From a bacterium (lineage in GTDB: Bacteria; RBG-13-61-14; DATKZS01): 64,000 nucleotides of DNA. Below, in pieces: positions 10,717-20,779 of this stretch (within the stretch, counting starts at the first letter, position 1; the number at the start of each line of letters is the position of its first letter). The notes below the pieces were generated by a model. That model ran no database searches. It saw only the letters and a list, made by a program, of their open reading frames with translations, and was not told where the DNA came from. Both the position numbers and the translations under genes were made by a program. The DNA lies in contig CAXXFL010000002.1 in assembly GCA_963674965.2 (NCBI GenBank), positions 224,001-288,000 of the forward strand, read 5' to 3'.

Positions 10717-11865
10717 ATGTCTGACGATCATTTAACGCCTCCGGGCAACAAGCCGATGGTTACCCCCATCGTCAACTCGGTCAACTACCAGTACGGGTCC
10801 TTCGAGGTACTCAGAAAAATCAGCGCCAAAGAAATCGAGGGCTTCGCCTATCACCGCGACGACAACCCCACGGTGAAAAAGGTGGAGGGCGAACTGGCCC
10901 GCCTCGAGAACGCTCCCGAATGCTTGCTTTGCACCACGGGCATGGCGGCCTGCGCCATGATTTTCTTTACTTATCTTTCGGCGGGAGATCATCTTCTAAC
11001 CTTCCACGACGTGTACGGCGCCAACTACAAGGTCAGCCTGATCCTGGAGCGGATGGGGATCGAGATCACCTGGCTCGACGCCTCCCATCCGGAAAAGGTA
11101 CCGGAAAACATTCGGGAAAACACCAAGCTGATCTTTATGGAAACGCCCACCAACCCGCTCCTCAAGGTCCTCGATATCAAGTGGCTGGCCGACCTGGCCC
11201 ATGAAGCGGGGGCAAAGCTGGCGGTGGACAACACCTTTGCCACGCCCCTCCACCAAAGGCCGCTCGAGCTGGGGGCCGACTTCGTGGTCCACAGCGCCAC
11301 CAAGGCCCTGGCCGGGCACAACGACGTTATGGCCGGGGCCATAGCCTGCTCCGAGTCGGACTACGAAAAGCTATGGTACACACGGCAGGCCATCGGGACC
11401 ACACTCGACCCCAACTCCGCTTTCCTTCTCGAGCGGGGGCTTAAAACATTCGAGATACGCGCCGCCAGGATGAGCGAGAACGCCATGGCCATGGCCGAGT
11501 TCCTTGACGGGCAAAGCGCCATATCGAGGGTATACTACCCGGGCCTTATCGATTCGCCCGGCCACGAGGTCGCGAGCGAGCAGATGACCGGCGGCTACGG
11601 CGGCGTCCTGGCCTTCGACGCGGGGCAAAGCGCGGAGGACGCCAAGAAGTTTATCGGCGGCCTCAAAAGGATATATCACGCCGTCAGTCTCGGGGCCACC
11701 GAGAGCCTGATCTGCATCCCTTACCTGACCACCATGCTCTACCTGCCGCCGGAAAGAAGGACCGAGTTCGGCGTCAAGCAAAACACCGTCCGCCTATCAG
11801 CCGGCATCGAGAACATCGACCTCCTGATCGAGGACCTCGAAGCCGGCCTGGCCGCTCTCGGGTAA
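10717..11865 (+). CDS. Cys/Met metabolism PLP enzyme (cystathionine gamma-synthase/lyase family)
   Basis: METPTNP, VDNTFATP, HSATK (PLP lysine), SLGATESL and VRLSAGIE. Confidence 0.92.
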   Translation: MSDDHLTPPGNKPMVTPIVNSVNYQYGSFEVLRKISAKEIEGFAYHRDDNPTVKKVEGELARLENAPECLLCTTGMAACAMIFFTYLSAGDHLLTFHDVYGANYKVSLILERMGIEITWLDASHPEKVPENIRENTKLIFMETPTNPLLKVLDIKWLADLAHEAGAKLAVDNTFATPLHQRPLELGADFVVHSATKALAGHNDVMAGAIACSESDYEKLWYTRQAIGTTLDPNSAFLLERGLKTFEIRAARMSENAMAMAEFLDGQSAISRVYYPGLIDSPGHEVASEQMTGGYGGVLAFDAGQSAEDAKKFIGGLKRIYHAVSLGATESLICIPYLTTMLYLPPERRTEFGVKQNTVRLSAGIENIDLLIEDLEAGLAALG

Positions 11866-12060
11866 CGCGAACAAACGGGCCGCCGAGCCTCAATCAAAAT
11901 GGAAGAGGGTGTCGGCGCGCCCACCAGTTACGACGCGTCCTTCTCCCCCTGAGGATCGGTCGCCACGCGTCCACGCTCGAATTCGGGCAAGCGTTGAGGT
12001 GGCAAAACAGACGGCGCCAAAGGCCGCCCTCATCGCGCTTCCGGGCAAGGAAAAGTATAT

Positions 12061-12248
12061 AGAGCCTCTTGCAAAATTCCCGCTTTGGAGTGCGGCGGCT
12101 CGACGCCGCTTTTCTTCCGAGCGGCTTGACGCGAGGCAAGCCGGTGTATAAATAGGCCTTGTCAAGCCAAGGCCATCGAAAGCGGTCTCAAGCGACCGCA
12201 CTCCAAAGTGGCTATGCCGCAAAGAAAAGGACTTTTGCAAGAAGCTCT
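12061..12248 (+). mobile_element. Non-autonomous MITE/REPIN-like element, copy 1
   Basis: 16-bp terminal inverted repeats AGAGCCTCTTGCAAAA / TTTTGCAAGAAGCTCT; internal inverted REP-like pair; second copy at 17137-17323. Confidence 0.8.
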
Positions 12249-12334
12249 ATAGAATAGGCGATTGTTTTCCGTTCCCTTCGACCGGAAAAAAGGGCGCCCC
12301 CGCTGATTTGCCGTCACATGCCGGTGATTTTCTA

Positions 12335-12363
12335 TTGACAAGTCTGATCGAAAAAGCTAGATT
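12335..12363 (+). promoter_or_regulatory. Sigma70-type promoter upstream of the lipoprotein gene
   Basis: TTGACA-N17-TAGATT. Confidence 0.55.
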
Positions 12364-12542
12364 AAACGCACAAAGCATGCCGGAGCACCCCGGCGTTTTT
12401 TTGAGCCGCAAAACAAAGTTGACGGCGTAATTCGCGATTTCACCAAAATATGGAGACAAGGTTGTTCATCCGCAAGACGGACTTTTTCATTTAATGCACG
12501 TGGCGCCACGAACGGGGCGCGTATCAACAACTTCCGGGAGGT

Positions 12543-14951
12543 ATGTCCATGAAAAAGTATTCCATTGGTCCGCTTTGTTTTTCGATCGCCCTTCTTCTTT
12601 CCCTTTGCCTGTCCTTCGCCTGCGGCGGCGGCGGGGGAGGAGACGACGGAGGCGGCAGTCCCGCGGACGTTTGGATTTCCGGCGACAGGTCGTGCTTGCC
12701 GGGGGAGAGGATCGTGTTAACCGTCAGGACCGGCAAAAGCTGCGACGTTTTCCAGTTCATGCTCGAAAGCGACGGCGGGGAAAAGACGGTATGGCAAGAC
12801 GATCCTGCATTCGCCCTTTACCTGGATGACGCGGGTTCCTTCAATTTCATGGGGCATCTCATGTGCGACGGCGAGAGGTTCTCCAGTTCCTGGTTCCAGG
12901 TCAAGAACAACGCGGCCGATTACGTCCTTATATCGAGCGAGAGCGACCTGGCCGCCAACGTTCCTACCGGCGTCGTTTTCCAGATAGACTCGGGCGGGGT
13001 GGACCACGCCTCGATCACGCTTAACAACGTTACCAACGGTCAATCCTACTTGATGTACGACGACGGCGCGGCGTTCAACGGCGACGCCGTGGCCGGCGAC
13101 GGCATTTACTCTTGCCTTTTAAGCCTTAGCCTTCCCGAGGGCGTTTACTCCTTCCAGGGCGCGGCCGGCAAAAGGAGGACCAATTTTCTCAACGTCTATT
13201 CCATCGCCAGGCCCACCGACGACGTGCTCGAGGCTGAAGTGGACGACGTGGCCCTGGCCGAGCAATACGTGATGGACAACGCCGTGGGCAAGACCATCCA
13301 GGAGTTCATCGACTCTTTTCCCTCCACCCTGGGCGGGTCGGAGCAGATATCCGCCATACGAAAGAGCGACGACTATATCGCCGTCCTTTTCAATTCCGGC
13401 GCTTATCACCTGATCGAGTTCACCGCCGAGGACCAGGACCAGGCCCCGGGGACCATGCTGAAGAACAACCTCATTGACGGCCACGTGATCGGCTCGGTCC
13501 TCCCCCAATACGCCGGCCGAGCGGACGCGAGGACCATTTTCGACGGCGAGGCCTATATCAAGGATTACAGCGGCCTTTTATATTCGGCCAATTACAGGAA
13601 CAGGCACGGAAGAGACGCGGGCGAAAGGATATCCGGCCTGCTTGGAGCGGACCCCGACTTTTCCGGCAACGTGACCTGGCTGACCGACAGGGACGTCACC
13701 GTGGACAGCATGACCAGGGCGCACGGACAAGACTGGTCCGATTTCGGAGTGATCGCGATTCACGCTCATGGTAATTCGAGGGTTTTTCAACTTGGCGAGT
13801 TGGTTAACGACGAAACCGATAAAAAATACGCCGAGCAGCGACAGAAAAACACGGTCTACACCAGCACTAACGGCGACGCCACCACGACTTCGCCCGATGG
13901 TACCATTACCCACGTCGAGGAGAGCGTTTATGCCATCCAGACGCAGTTTATCGCGGACGAGAACGAGTTCAACCTTAACGGCAGCTTCTTCTACGCCGCC
14001 GCCTGCAGCGGCGGTCTCGCCATGCAACACATCATTCCATCCGAGTACAGGCGCGAGACCACGGAGATAGGCTCGGCCCTTTTCGGTTTTGACGCCACCG
14101 TCACCTCGCCCAGGGTGGTGGACCTGGCCGAGACCCTGTTCAACAACCTCCTGAACGGCAACCTCTTGAAGGACTCCTTCAGCTCCGATTGGGACGGCAA
14201 TGAAAATGACGGAGACGACAAGGTGGCCCGCCCAGTGGTGTGCGGCAATAACAACCTCAAGCTGGAAGTCCTTAACGTGGTCTTTTCCGAGGATTTCGAG
14301 TCCTACCCCCTGGACCAGCCCCTGGCCACGGCCAACTGGACCATCGAGAACTCCGGCTCGGGAACGACCTATATCAAGAAGCCCCTGGTCAACGAGGACC
14401 AGTCAGTGGTTTTTCTCGACCCGGACGAGACCTCCTATTCCCACATCCGCAAGACCTTCGCCCAGGACGTAAGACAGGGTACCCTGGACTTTTACGTCCG
14501 GCCCAACCAGGCCACCTGCACGGGGGTCCGGCTGGAGGGAAGCCTGGGTGACGACTACTGGGACATGCTCGGGCCCTACGCCTTTGTATGCGACTATTAC
14601 GGGACCTTCGGAGTGTACGCCTACGACGTGCCCTCAAGGTCATTCGTCCTGGCCCAAAGTATCTCGCCTTACCAGGAATACAGGATCACGCTCAATTTCG
14701 ACCTGGACGCCGGGACATACAACCTGGACGTGAACGGCCAGCAAAAGCTCTCCAATATTCCCGTACAGGACATAGCAAGGGCGTATTACATGCGAGCCGG
14801 CACGTTCTCCGACGCCGAGTCCAGCGCCAACGTCTATTTCGACGACTTCACGTACGTGGATAAAAGCGACGCCTCGGCCCCCGTCGCCGTCCGAGCGCCC
14901 GAGGATTCTTACGTGTCGCCTTACTCGGACCTCTACGCCTCGCCCCAATAG
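12543..14951 (+). CDS. Large surface lipoprotein with choice-of-anchor-X-like motif and C-terminal beta-sandwich domain
   Basis: Lipobox SFAC followed by poly-Gly; MYDDG...GDAVAGDGIYS motif; C-terminal VFSEDFE...YFDDF. Confidence 0.75.
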   Translation: MSMKKYSIGPLCFSIALLLSLCLSFACGGGGGGDDGGGSPADVWISGDRSCLPGERIVLTVRTGKSCDVFQFMLESDGGEKTVWQDDPAFALYLDDAGSFNFMGHLMCDGERFSSSWFQVKNNAADYVLISSESDLAANVPTGVVFQIDSGGVDHASITLNNVTNGQSYLMYDDGAAFNGDAVAGDGIYSCLLSLSLPEGVYSFQGAAGKRRTNFLNVYSIARPTDDVLEAEVDDVALAEQYVMDNAVGKTIQEFIDSFPSTLGGSEQISAIRKSDDYIAVLFNSGAYHLIEFTAEDQDQAPGTMLKNNLIDGHVIGSVLPQYAGRADARTIFDGEAYIKDYSGLLYSANYRNRHGRDAGERISGLLGADPDFSGNVTWLTDRDVTVDSMTRAHGQDWSDFGVIAIHAHGNSRVFQLGELVNDETDKKYAEQRQKNTVYTSTNGDATTTSPDGTITHVEESVYAIQTQFIADENEFNLNGSFFYAAACSGGLAMQHIIPSEYRRETTEIGSALFGFDATVTSPRVVDLAETLFNNLLNGNLLKDSFSSDWDGNENDGDDKVARPVVCGNNNLKLEVLNVVFSEDFESYPLDQPLATANWTIENSGSGTTYIKKPLVNEDQSVVFLDPDETSYSHIRKTFAQDVRQGTLDFYVRPNQATCTGVRLEGSLGDDYWDMLGPYAFVCDYYGTFGVYAYDVPSRSFVLAQSISPYQEYRITLNFDLDAGTYNLDVNGQQKLSNIPVQDIARAYYMRAGTFSDAESSANVYFDDFTYVDKSDASAPVAVRAPEDSYVSPYSDLYASPQ

Positions 14952-14969
14952 GCCTTCTTCAACCCGCTC

Positions 14970-15330
14970 CCATGGTCCCGGACGAATATCGGTCCTCCGG
15001 GACCATGGGGCGGAAATAGGGCGCCTTGCTTGCCATAGACTCCGCATGGGGTCACGCCCCCGTGGGCAATGGGTTGCCCGCCGAGTCCCGAGGGACGGCG
15101 CAAACGTACAAGGCCCGGGAAAATACTGCAGTCTTCCTGGATGGTAAATCCGCGCCGCGCTCGATTATTTTTCTTGACCTCATACCCAGGGTTACGGACG
15201 CGGAGCGCTTCCTCCACGCCTGGGCTATAGACCTTCGCCCCGTTCTTGGCTTTGCGGGAGCGACAAGGGCGGGGTGGCCCCGATAGCTTGCCTATCGGGG
15301 CGCCGAAGGCGCGGGAAGGGTAAATAAAAG
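14970..15330. repeat. Palindrome-rich intergenic REP-like element between convergent genes
   Basis: Hairpin CCATGGTCCCGGA...TCCGGGACCATGG (14971-15008); CCCAGG...CCTGGG and GCGCCGAAGGCGC palindromes. Confidence 0.45.
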
Positions 15331-15483
15331 GGCACGGGCCATGTTCATTTTCAATCCAGCGGCTCGCGCCGCGCGGATAGGCTATCCGCGCCATCCATGA
15401 TCCAAGTCAGAGCCCGGCGGCTTGATCCGCCTTGCTTTTCAAAAATCGAATTTCTCCCGGCCGCGGATAACTTTAGGAGCCGG

Positions 15484-17106
15484 CTAAAGCAGCCCCGTAA
15501 TCAGGTCGTTCATATAGGGGAGGTATTCCTTCCCATAGTCTCGCCAGAACTCGCATTTTTGCTCGACCCCGGCCGGTTCTTGCCTGGTGACCTCGTCGAT
15601 CACGATGACCTGGGCGTCTTCCACCTGGAAAGGCTCCCATTGTGGAAGTCCGGGGCCGTTGGGGTCGCCGGTTTTGGCGAAGTTAGTCCAGTATCCCTGC
15701 ATGACCTCGGTGATGACCCGGGTGGCGTCCTCCTGTTTCTTGCCGTAGAGCATGGCCGCGGGAGGGCGGTCAAAGGAGTCGAAAATAAAGGGCAGCTCGG
15801 CCGTGTGGAAGGAACCAAGATACTTGCCGAACTTCATGCCCTTGTAATCGAAGCGATAGAAATAGGCCTGGCCTCCCCAACCTTTCACCGCCTCGAGCAG
15901 CCTGTAGGTCGGGCAGCGCATGGCGGCGTCGGCGCCGAGCATCTGGCCCATGGCCTCGACGGGCCGGTCCTTGTACTCGGACGGGGGGTAGAGCGCGGCA
16001 AGCTCGGAAGCCTGCTCGTCGGTCATGTCGAAGCTCTTGGTCAGACGCTTCTCGTATCCGGCGGGCCGGGTGTAATAGTAGGAAGGATTCAGCTTGACCA
16101 TCTTTCCGAACTCGTCCAGGACCGTGCCCGCCATGATCTCGACCTTCGAGCAGTCGCCGCTCTCGATCATTTTCAAGGGCGTGTCCTTTAAGAAGTAGCC
16201 GTCGTGGTGGGGAGTATAGTTGAACCCGTCCATCAAGGTGCCGCCTATTTTATTTACCAGCCTGGCCGCGGGTATCTTTCTCATGCACTCGATATCGTGA
16301 TAATCGCATCCCATTTGTTTCATTAAATCGCGGGCTTGATCGTATCCATCCGTGAGGTCCTGGCTTAGCTCGCAAGTCCCGCTCTGCATGATGGCCCGCG
16401 CGAAAAGCCCCCGCGTAAGGGGAGTGGCCACCATGGAGCAGACGCTGATACCGCCGGCGGATTCTCCGAATATGGTTATATTGTCGGGGTCGCCGCCAAA
16501 GGCCGCGATGTTTTCATGGACCCATCTCAGGGCCTGGGCCTGATCGAGGGAGCCGTAGCTTCCAGTGGACCCGTTGGGGTCCTCGTCCCGAAGGTCCGGA
16601 TGGGTGAGGAAGCCGATCACCGAAAGCCGGTAGTTGATCGTCACCACGATCACGTCACCCGCCTCGGCCAGCCGGTCTCCCAAGTACTGGGGCTCGCTGC
16701 CCGCGCCCACGTAGTAGCCGCCGCCGTGAATCCAGACCATGACCGGAAATACGCCCGATTTCCTCGGCTTCCAGATATTCAGGAACAGGCAGTCCTCCGA
16801 GGTGGGATCGCTTTTCCTGCCGCCCATCATGTCCTTGCCCTGGACGCACTGGTCGCCGAACTCGAGGGCCTCCCGGACCCCCGACCACTCCGGCATGGGC
16901 TGGGGCGCTCGCCAGCGCAAATCGCCAAGAGGCGGCGCGGCGTAGGGGATGCCCTTCCACACGCAGGTGTTGGTGGCCAGGTCTTCGGACCCGCTGACAA
17001 GACCCGATTCGGTCTTTACCGGCTCGTCGCAATCGACGCCGGCATGGGCGGACAAGGAAAGGGCAAGCAAAGAGACGGCAAAAATAAAGGCGACGATCTT
17101 TTTCAT
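15484..17106 (-). CDS. Secreted type-B carboxylesterase/lipase
   Basis: Signal peptide, GIPYAAPP, SEDCLFLN, WIHGGG and catalytic FGESAG; RBS GGAGGA before ATG 17106. Confidence 0.93.
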   Translation of the reverse strand: MKKIVAFIFAVSLLALSLSAHAGVDCDEPVKTESGLVSGSEDLATNTCVWKGIPYAAPPLGDLRWRAPQPMPEWSGVREALEFGDQCVQGKDMMGGRKSDPTSEDCLFLNIWKPRKSGVFPVMVWIHGGGYYVGAGSEPQYLGDRLAEAGDVIVVTINYRLSVIGFLTHPDLRDEDPNGSTGSYGSLDQAQALRWVHENIAAFGGDPDNITIFGESAGGISVCSMVATPLTRGLFARAIMQSGTCELSQDLTDGYDQARDLMKQMGCDYHDIECMRKIPAARLVNKIGGTLMDGFNYTPHHDGYFLKDTPLKMIESGDCSKVEIMAGTVLDEFGKMVKLNPSYYYTRPAGYEKRLTKSFDMTDEQASELAALYPPSEYKDRPVEAMGQMLGADAAMRCPTYRLLEAVKGWGGQAYFYRFDYKGMKFGKYLGSFHTAELPFIFDSFDRPPAAMLYGKKQEDATRVITEVMQGYWTNFAKTGDPNGPGLPQWEPFQVEDAQVIVIDEVTRQEPAGVEQKCEFWRDYGKEYLPYMNDLITGLL

Positions 17107-17136
17107 AAATATCCTCCGGAAAGTAAGGCTATTGTT

Positions 17137-17323
17137 AGAGCTTCTTGCAAAAGTACTTTTCTTTGCGGCATAGCCGCTTTGGAGTGCGGTCGCTTGAGAC
17201 CGCTTTCGAGGGCCTTGGCTTGACAAGGCCTATTAATACACCGGCTTGCCTCGCGTCAAGCCGCTCGGAAGAAAAGCGGCGTCGAGCCGCCGCACTCCAA
17301 AGCGGGAATTTTGCAAGAGGCTC
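17137..17323 (-). mobile_element. Non-autonomous MITE/REPIN-like element, copy 2 (inverted)
   Basis: Reverse complement matches 12062-12248 with 4 mismatches by manual alignment. Confidence 0.8.
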
Positions 17324-17861
17324 GTTATTCTACCCCGCTCGAACAATATAGCACACTATCGCGTCGGCAAAAAACAATCAAGGATAAAAAAAGACAATTG
17401 ACCGGAATTGTGGCGGCTCGGAGCTTAACCGGGACGCCTTCCTTTGCCGATTCCCGTCTTAACCTTACGAGTAGCGGCTTTGAATGAGAATAATGAAAGG
17501 GAGCCGAATAGACCAAGAATGGCGGCTCTTATTTTATAATAAGTTTATATATTAGTCATATCAGATAATTAGCCGTTTCTTATTAATCTATTTTATAGTT
17601 CCATCTATTTATATATCTATATTATTGAAATTATCTTGCGATGAAGCCAAAAGGACATATCCTTATTTTCTGACTTTGCCATAAGGTTTTGCTTACCGGC
17701 GGGTAAAATTCGTTTTGCCGCCAATTCCTTGGAAGATTAGTTATTCATCTGTTATATAAGGCGAAAAGTATTGCCGCGATTTATAAAGATGTAAATAATT
17801 CTTGATTTTTCAAGCTTTTTTGATACAATGGGCAAGGATTGACGTGGAAGGAGCGTTCTAT

Positions 17862-18704
17862 ATGCGGAAGCTCAACGATCTTACCTGCCTTTCCGGACGG
17901 ATTGCGGCCATTACCGGCGGAGCCGGCGAGCTTTGCGGGAAGATGGCCGAGGCCCTCTCTGAACTCGACGTAACCACGGTAATAATCGACATTAACGAAA
18001 AAAGGGCCCAGGAAAAAGCGGAAAGCATTGTAAGAAACGGACATAAGTCCATCGGTCTTTCGGCGGACGTAACGTCCCGGGAAAGCCTGGAAAAAGCGCG
18101 TGATCGAATAAGGAACGAGTTCGACGGCCTGGATATTCTTATTAACGGGGCCGGTGGAAATCATCCCGAGGCGACCACCTCGGACAAGTTGCGCTTTTTC
18201 GACCTGCCCCCCGAGGCCGTCAGAAAGGTTTTCGACCTGAACTTTCTGGGGACACTGCTTCCGTGTCAAATACTTGGAGAACTCATACTGGATACGGTAT
18301 TGAAAAACGAAAGCCATGGCAACATCGTCAACCTGAGCTCGATGAACTCGTTTCGGCCCCTTACCCGTATTCCCGCCTACAGCGCGGCAAAGGCGGCCGT
18401 GTCGAACTTCACCCAGTGGCTCGCCGTGCATATGGCTCAAAATTACACGCCCCGGATCAGGGTCAACGCCCTGGCCCCCGGGTTTTTTCTGACGGAGCAA
18501 AACAGGTTCCTCCTGATCGACGAGTCGGGCAAAGACTTCACCGCCCGGGGCCGGACCATACTGGACCATACCCCCGCGGGCGAGCTCGGCCGGGCGGAGG
18601 ACCTGATATCGACTCTACTTTGGCTATTAAACCCGGCCAGTAGATTTGTAAGCGGCGTCGTGGTCCCTGTTGACGGCGGATTCAGCGCGTTCAGCGGCGT
18701 GTGA
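17862..18704 (+). CDS. SDR oxidoreductase, D-mannonate oxidoreductase (UxuB)-like
   Basis: TGGAGELCG, LINGAGGN, PLTRIPAYSAAK and APGFFLTEQNR match the Bacillus-type UxuB SDR; overlaps uxaE. Confidence 0.8.
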   Translation: MRKLNDLTCLSGRIAAITGGAGELCGKMAEALSELDVTTVIIDINEKRAQEKAESIVRNGHKSIGLSADVTSRESLEKARDRIRNEFDGLDILINGAGGNHPEATTSDKLRFFDLPPEAVRKVFDLNFLGTLLPCQILGELILDTVLKNESHGNIVNLSSMNSFRPLTRIPAYSAAKAAVSNFTQWLAVHMAQNYTPRIRVNALAPGFFLTEQNRFLLIDESGKDFTARGRTILDHTPAGELGRAEDLISTLLWLLNPASRFVSGVVVPVDGGFSAFSGV

Positions 18705-20194
18705 CGAGTGGAGGATGGAAATTGGAAGCCGAAACTAAAATAATCGAGGAAAATCCCGTTGATCTGAAGATCGGGTCCAACTACCTGGGAAAGAAACACC
18801 ACCCGGCCATCGGCATCCGAATCCCGGAGATTTTCCTTACCGGCATCGTCAACTCCCTGCAAAAACACAAGTGCGCCGCCGGGCTGATGCTCAGCTTCGG
18901 TCGCGAGACCGCGCCGGACGAGATCATCAACGCGCCGCCCGGCCGCTACGAGATCACCCTCGGCCACACGGGCACCTCCATCCGCAAGTACCTGGTCGCC
19001 GGATCGAGGGCCGCCAGAAGCGCGGCCATACCCGTCGAGATGGAGGCGGACCACCTCATTATCACCGAGTCGTCCGCCATCGCCGTCAAAAGGATCGAGG
19101 GCATCAAAACGCCCAAGCTGATCGGGAACGCGGCCCTCGAGAAAGCCATCAAGTACAACGTCCAGGCCGTGGAGGAGGCCGTCAGCACCGGGCTGGTGCG
19201 GGCCTATACCACCGACGCCTCCGACCTCTTCGACGAGGACGTGACCAAGTTCAAGATGACCGCCCTCAGGAAAAGGCTCAACGAGTACTTCACCGAGGAG
19301 GAGCGCGAGTACATCTCCAAGAACCTGGTGGGAAAACACCGCCTGCGCGGCGCGGACAACAAGGTGGTGAGACTCGAGATCAACAAGGAAAGGGCCATCA
19401 AGCTGGCCCTCAAGTACCGCCACTCGGTGAATATCAACGCCCGCCTCTTCGAGGAGATTAGCTCGAGGATGAAGCACCCCTTCGCCTGGGAGATATCACT
19501 GGACGAGACGGAAAAACCCACGCCGCCGGCCGACCTTTTCATCTTCCTGGGCCTTTGGAAGATGAAGGGGCTGCCCTGCGACTACGTGGCCCCCAACGTG
19601 GGCTTCCAAAAGCGCGAGGACTTCACCGGCGACATGGAGATGTTCAGAAACCGGGTCCGGGCCCTCAACGCCGTGGCCGACCTTTACGGCTCCATGCTCA
19701 GCTTCCACTCCGGCTCCGGGGCGACCCCCTATTCCGGCAAGGGACAGGGCGTGTACGAGACCATCCTCGAGGCCACGGGCGGGAAACTCAAGTATAAAAT
19801 CTCCGGCGTCTACTACGAGCTCCTAATCGAGCTGCTGGCCGGCCATAAGAAAGGCACCGACGCCAGGATCCTCTACGAGCTCATCCACAAGGAGGTCATG
19901 GACTTCCTCCGCAAACAGATCGAGACCAAGGGCCCGCTTCACTCGGAACTCCTCAAAAAACAGATATCCACATACGACCAGGCCAAGCAGGAATTCGACC
20001 CCCGCGCCGAGTGCTTCAGGTACAACTCCTTCCTCGCCCTCAACTTCAGGGACCAGAAGGGAAGAAGATACTACAGGGAAAGACTCATAAGGCTCTACCT
20101 GGACGACCTGAAACTCAAAAAACAAGTCGACCAGGAAGTCGAGGCCCTCACCTCGAGACTCATCGAGGGACTTAAGTTCGCGAATAATTATTGA
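18701..20194 (+). CDS. uxaE: Tagaturonate/fructuronate epimerase family
   Basis: EADH, EISLDETEKPT, APNVGFQKREDF and LSFHSGS; coupled to the uxuB-like gene; start may be TTG 18722. Confidence 0.75.
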   Translation: MTSGGWKLEAETKIIEENPVDLKIGSNYLGKKHHPAIGIRIPEIFLTGIVNSLQKHKCAAGLMLSFGRETAPDEIINAPPGRYEITLGHTGTSIRKYLVAGSRAARSAAIPVEMEADHLIITESSAIAVKRIEGIKTPKLIGNAALEKAIKYNVQAVEEAVSTGLVRAYTTDASDLFDEDVTKFKMTALRKRLNEYFTEEEREYISKNLVGKHRLRGADNKVVRLEINKERAIKLALKYRHSVNINARLFEEISSRMKHPFAWEISLDETEKPTPPADLFIFLGLWKMKGLPCDYVAPNVGFQKREDFTGDMEMFRNRVRALNAVADLYGSMLSFHSGSGATPYSGKGQGVYETILEATGGKLKYKISGVYYELLIELLAGHKKGTDARILYELIHKEVMDFLRKQIETKGPLHSELLKKQISTYDQAKQEFDPRAECFRYNSFLALNFRDQKGRRYYRERLIRLYLDDLKLKKQVDQEVEALTSRLIEGLKFANNY

Positions 20195-20327
20195 CGCGAA
20201 AAAGGGCTTTCGTCTTGGGTGTCCTATCCGGATACCTCACGCGTTCCGCGCGTGTGAGCCATGCGAACGGGCTGATGACGAAAGGATAAAGGGACGTCAT
20301 CAGCATGCCCTTATAATACGGAGGTCG

Positions 20328-20597
20328 ATGAGTATGAAGGTAAAGAAAATATTTATTATTATTTTCACATCCATGGCCGCAATGGCGGCCGCCGCGCCAA
20401 TTCATGACCCTGATGATAATTTTACCAAAGAAGAAATGATAAATACCATCTATGAATTGCAGGGCCTTCTCAATCAGGCAAGTGATCCCGCCATGGAAGA
20501 TTATACTGGGTTGTTTGCCTATATTGAGGGGCCGGAGCATATAGCGCATAGCTTGTATTTTAATACCGACTTACTAATGAGGTCTCTAAATAGATGA
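20328..20597 (+). CDS. Short secreted hypothetical protein, possibly truncated
   Basis: RBS GGAGG, signal peptide, low GC. Confidence 0.45.
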   Translation: MSMKVKKIFIIIFTSMAAMAAAAPIHDPDDNFTKEEMINTIYELQGLLNQASDPAMEDYTGLFAYIEGPEHIAHSLYFNTDLLMRSLNR

Positions 20598-20779
20598 CAC
20601 TTGGGATTGTTCACACAGCGAAACCCTCTTTGTTAGACGTGCAAATAACTTGGGGCTTTCAATAGTGTCACCTACAAATTGATCTGAGTAATATAAGGCG
20701 GTATAACCGCCATGGGTAACTTGTGGTTGGAAAATGGCCTTTAAGTGAATATCCGCCAATAAAGGAGTATTGAGAAATC

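Noticed and set aside
17107-17226. N-terminal extension of the carboxylesterase in the ORF track
   Set aside because: The extension is MITE sequence; RBS and signal peptide support ATG 17106.
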